Below are positions 60,708 to 64,000 of a stretch of 64,000 nt of DNA, piece by piece. Position 1 is the first letter of the stretch; every line of letters starts with the position of its first letter. A program made the translations under genes and the position numbers. Under the pieces are notes generated by a model that was not told the DNA's origin, made no database searches, and saw nothing but the letters and a program-made list of their open reading frames with translations. Location: positions 3,469 to 67,468 of the IMG/VR virus record IMGVR_UViG_3300029305_000878. One strand, given 5' to 3'. Source of the stretch: a virus. Lineage: Duplodnaviria; Caudoviricetes.

Positions 60708-63650
60708 ATGAATTTAGTAGCGGAAGATATTTTGATGCATTATGGTATGCCTCGTCGTTCCGGCCGCTATCCTTGGGGTTCTGGTGAAGATCCTTATCAG
60801 CGTAATCGAGACTTTCTTAGTAGAGTTGAGGAGCTTAAGAAAAGCGGTTGGACTGAAACTGCTGAAAATATTAAAAACACTTTCGGTCTCACTACTAAAG
60901 AATACAGAAACGAAAAGACTATAGCTAAAGATCAACGAAGAATGCTGGATGTGACAAGAGCCAAGTCTTTGACTGCTGATGGTCTTGGTCCTACTGAAAT
61001 TGGTAGAATCATGGGTATGCCTGAATCCACTGTTCGTTCTTTACTTAACCCTAAGTCTGAAGAAAGAATGATGCTTACTCGGAATACCGCGGACTTCATC
61101 AAAGCTCAAGTTGACAAAAACAAAATGGTTGATGTCGGTGTCGGTGTTGAAAGAGAGTTAAACATTTCGAAAGAAAGACTTGATTTGGCTCTTCATTATC
61201 TCGAAACCAAAGAAGGATATCCTATCTATAACAACCGTTTTCAACAGGTAAACAACCCTGGTCAATGGACTACTCAAAGAGTCATTTGTGCTCCTGGCAC
61301 TCAGTATAAAGATACTTATAATTTGAGTGAAGTACATTCTTTAAATGAGGATGGTTATGTTTCTCGTGATGGTGGCGACACTTTCTCGAAATTTGTCTAT
61401 CCGAAGAGCATGGACTCCAAGCGATTAATGATTCGCTATAAGGATGATGTTGGTCCTGATGGCGCTACCGGCGATGATAAAGATGGTATTGTAGAGCTTA
61501 GAAGAGGCGTTGCCGATCTATCTTTGGGTAAAGACCACTATTCGCAAGTTCGTATATTGGTTGATGATAAGAAGTACATAAAAGGGATGGCTGTATATTC
61601 CGATGATATGCCGGATGGCGTAGACGTCGTGTTTAACACTAATAAGTCTCGAGATAAATCGAAGCTCGAAGTGTTGAAAGATATTACTAAAGATCCCGAT
61701 AACCCCTTTGGTTCATTGATCAAAGCGGGCGGTCAAAGTACATACATAGATAAAAATGGAAAAGAGCAACTCTCTTTGATTAACAAAAGAGCGAGTGAAG
61801 GTGACTGGACCGATTGGCAAGATGCGCTTCCTTCTCAATTTTTAGGTAAGCAGAGTAAAGCTATGGCTCAAAAACAATTGAACCTGGCTAAAGCAGATAA
61901 GCTTGCCGAATTTGATGAATATTGTACTCTTACCAACCCGACCATTAAGAAACATTTGCTTCAAAAGTTCTCGGATGAGTGTGATTCTGCAGCTGTACAC
62001 TTGAAGGCAGCAGCCTTACCTGGTCAAAAGTATCACGTTATTATTCCCGTTAACACTTTGAAAGATAATGAAGTGTACGCTCCGCAATACGAATCCGGCA
62101 CCAAGCTGGCGCTTATAAGATATCCTCATGCTGGTACGTTTGAAATTCCTATTTTGACGGTCAATAACAAACATGCTCCAGCTAAGAAGATAATCGGCGA
62201 TCAATCCATCGACGCAGTCGGCATCAATAAGCGAATAGCGGACAGATTGTCGGGTGCAGACTTCGACGGCGATACTGTTATGTGTATTCCTACACATGAT
62301 AAAGCTGGTAGAGTAAAGATCACTTCTACTGATCCACTCAAAGATCTTGAAGGATTCGATCCTAAATTAGCATATCCTGAGCGTAAGGGTATGAAGTATA
62401 TGAAGGATCCGGTAACTGGTAAGGACAATACTCAGGCTGAAATGGGTAAGATCTCGAACCTTATTACCGATATGACTTTGGCCGGTGCTTCCACGAGTGA
62501 TTTAGCAAAAGCAGTTAGGCATAGTATGGTGGTTATTGACGCTGCTAAACATAAGCTTGACTATAAGCAAAGTGAAATCGATCATAACATAACCGCTCTT
62601 AAAAAGAAGTACCGTCCTATCTATGATGAGAATGGTAACCAAGTGGGCTATAGAGAAGGCGCAGATACCCTGTTATCTAGCGCAAAGGGGCAACAGTCCG
62701 TAATTAAAAGACAAGGTACCCCCAAGATTAATGTTGAGGGATCTCCCGATTACGATCCTACCAGACCCGAAGGTGCCCTCCTCTATAAAACAGCGGATGA
62801 CGCCTACTATCCGGATCGTAAGTTCAACAAAGAAAACAAGACCTACACTATCCGTACCGTAGATGGTAAGAAGATCACCTACAATGCTAATGATCCCAAG
62901 GACCGTGACGAGTACGAACCCGTTAAAAAAGTAGATCCTAGAACGGGAGAGGTTTCGTTTACAAATAAATCCGGCACCATTGCGTATAATACTATACCCC
63001 GTACTCAAAAAAGTACAAAGATGGCCGAAACAGACGATGCTTACACCCTGGTATCAGACGCCAAACACCCCATGGAACTCATCTATGCCGAGTATGCTAA
63101 TAGTATGAAAGCCCTGGCCAATCAAGCTCGTTTGGAACTGGCCCGTACTGGAAAAATAGCGTACTCCGAATCGGCAAAAGTCGTATACCAAAAAGAAGTT
63201 GATTCACTTAATGAAAAGCTTAATGAAGCACTTCTCAATAGTCCTAGAGAAAGAGCCGCTCAACGTTTAGCTAATGCCGAGGTAAAAGCCAAAGGCGAAC
63301 TCGATCCCTCGCTTAAAAAGAGTGATTTGAGAAAGATAGGCGCCCAGGCACTGACTAAGTACCGTAGCGAAATAGGCTCCGCCACTAGAAAAGAACGTAA
63401 TATAGAAATCACGGATAGAGAATGGGAAGCTATACAAGCTGGCGCTATTAGTGAAACACTACTTAAGAAAATACTTAACAATACTGATATAGATAAGCTT
63501 AGAGCTAGAGCTACTCCTAGAACTACTACTACATTAAGTACTGCTAAGATTAACAAGATTAAGTCTATGCGAAACTCCAATTACACTATTGGGCAAATAG
63601 CAAAGGCACTGGGCGTATCTGCTTCGACAGTATCCAGTTATTTAAAATAA
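60708..63650 (+). CDS. Single-chain double-psi-barrel RNA polymerase (YonO/RdRP-like) with N- and C-terminal HTH
   Basis: Catalytic LSGADFDGD; LIRYPH; YIKGMA; VVIDAAKH; HTHs GLGPTEIGRIMGMPESTVRSLL and YTIGQIAKALGVSASTVSSYL. Confidence 0.85.
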   Translation: MNLVAEDILMHYGMPRRSGRYPWGSGEDPYQRNRDFLSRVEELKKSGWTETAENIKNTFGLTTKEYRNEKTIAKDQRRMLDVTRAKSLTADGLGPTEIGRIMGMPESTVRSLLNPKSEERMMLTRNTADFIKAQVDKNKMVDVGVGVERELNISKERLDLALHYLETKEGYPIYNNRFQQVNNPGQWTTQRVICAPGTQYKDTYNLSEVHSLNEDGYVSRDGGDTFSKFVYPKSMDSKRLMIRYKDDVGPDGATGDDKDGIVELRRGVADLSLGKDHYSQVRILVDDKKYIKGMAVYSDDMPDGVDVVFNTNKSRDKSKLEVLKDITKDPDNPFGSLIKAGGQSTYIDKNGKEQLSLINKRASEGDWTDWQDALPSQFLGKQSKAMAQKQLNLAKADKLAEFDEYCTLTNPTIKKHLLQKFSDECDSAAVHLKAAALPGQKYHVIIPVNTLKDNEVYAPQYESGTKLALIRYPHAGTFEIPILTVNNKHAPAKKIIGDQSIDAVGINKRIADRLSGADFDGDTVMCIPTHDKAGRVKITSTDPLKDLEGFDPKLAYPERKGMKYMKDPVTGKDNTQAEMGKISNLITDMTLAGASTSDLAKAVRHSMVVIDAAKHKLDYKQSEIDHNITALKKKYRPIYDENGNQVGYREGADTLLSSAKGQQSVIKRQGTPKINVEGSPDYDPTRPEGALLYKTADDAYYPDRKFNKENKTYTIRTVDGKKITYNANDPKDRDEYEPVKKVDPRTGEVSFTNKSGTIAYNTIPRTQKSTKMAETDDAYTLVSDAKHPMELIYAEYANSMKALANQARLELARTGKIAYSESAKVVYQKEVDSLNEKLNEALLNSPRERAAQRLANAEVKAKGELDPSLKKSDLRKIGAQALTKYRSEIGSATRKERNIEITDREWEAIQAGAISETLLKKILNNTDIDKLRARATPRTTTTLSTAKINKIKSMRNSNYTIGQIAKALGVSASTVSSYLK

Positions 63651-63666
63651 TAAAAGGAGTGAATTA

Positions 63667-63951
63667 ATGATGAGTTATCAATGTATGTTGACAACGTTCG
63701 ACAATCCTTTTGATCCATTTGAACAATTTACTTCTTGGTTACTGTTCGATAAAGAAAAAGGTTACAATTGTTGTGAACGTTTAGATCGAATTGCTAAAAT
63801 CACAGATGAAATGACTCAAAAAGAAATTAATGAGGAAACTGAAAGAGCAATTGATGAAATAATTAAATATGATTTCTTAAATGTTTATAAAAAAGTAACA
63901 AAAGAACTTAAAGAAGTAGTGGATGATAACACTACAGAGACTGACGAATGA
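63667..63951 (+). CDS. Hypothetical protein (94 aa)
   Basis: AAAGGAG RBS; MLTTFDNPFDPFEQF...W...GY. Confidence 0.8.
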   Translation: MMSYQCMLTTFDNPFDPFEQFTSWLLFDKEKGYNCCERLDRIAKITDEMTQKEINEETERAIDEIIKYDFLNVYKKVTKELKEVVDDNTTETDE

Positions 63952-64000
63952 CATAAAGGCATAGGGGGGGGGTCGCAAAAACTACACCCCCTCCTGTCAT

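Larger units (their letters stand above)
1..64000 (+). mobile_element. Temperate siphovirus-type phage genome, near complete, unintegrated configuration
   Basis: Contiguous head, tail, lysis, integrase/repressor, replication and RNAP modules; phage genes lie on both sides of the integrase/att region; no host housekeeping genes. Confidence 0.95.

Noticed and set aside
1-64000. Stop-codon reassignment, tRNA or rRNA genes
   Set aside because: Core genes are intact under code 11 and coding density is high; no cloverleaf with T-loop and acceptor stem noticed by eye (tRNAscan-SE/ARAGORN would settle this)

Overview
The window is a near-complete genome of a temperate, long-tailed dsDNA phage (siphovirus type) in its unintegrated form. 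It probably infects a Bacillota (Clostridia-like) host, judged from AAGGAGG ribosome sites, a Gram-positive LexA box and an amidase-SPOR endolysin. It starts inside terL and ends just before the presumed terS region. Gene order: head (terL, BspA-like protein, portal, protease-scaffold-capsid fusion); tail (2807-aa tape measure with about 15 x 65-aa repeats, an endolysin inside the tail module, LysM/FN3 and fibre proteins); holin; an array of small gene cassettes; candidate attP, large serine integrase and short XRE repressor; a second cassette array; a 1355-aa helicase-primase-exonuclease-PolB fusion; SSB; SF2 helicase; many accessory genes; an iteron-like non-coding block; and a 980-aa single-chain DFDGD (YonO/RdRP-like) RNA polymerase with two HTH domains. 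The most notable signal is what looks like a self-contained transcription system. (i) A 27-bp motif, NNCGC-N8-CA-N5-TNTWATG, occurs 16 times, only upstream of early/accessory genes, usually behind a family of CTCTT-ending terminators, so the genes form terminator-promoter-RBS-ORF cassettes. (ii) A second motif, TCAAAATGG, occurs 11 times, only on the + strand of the late region. (iii) An L-x-H motif is shared by the capsid precursor, a head-module protein and the RNAP N-terminus, which hints that the RNAP is packaged in the virion. A LexA-controlled 34-aa candidate antirepressor is also present. I found no tRNA, rRNA, CRISPR array or reverse transcriptase. All motif counts were made by eye, and family names are recalled rather than searched.
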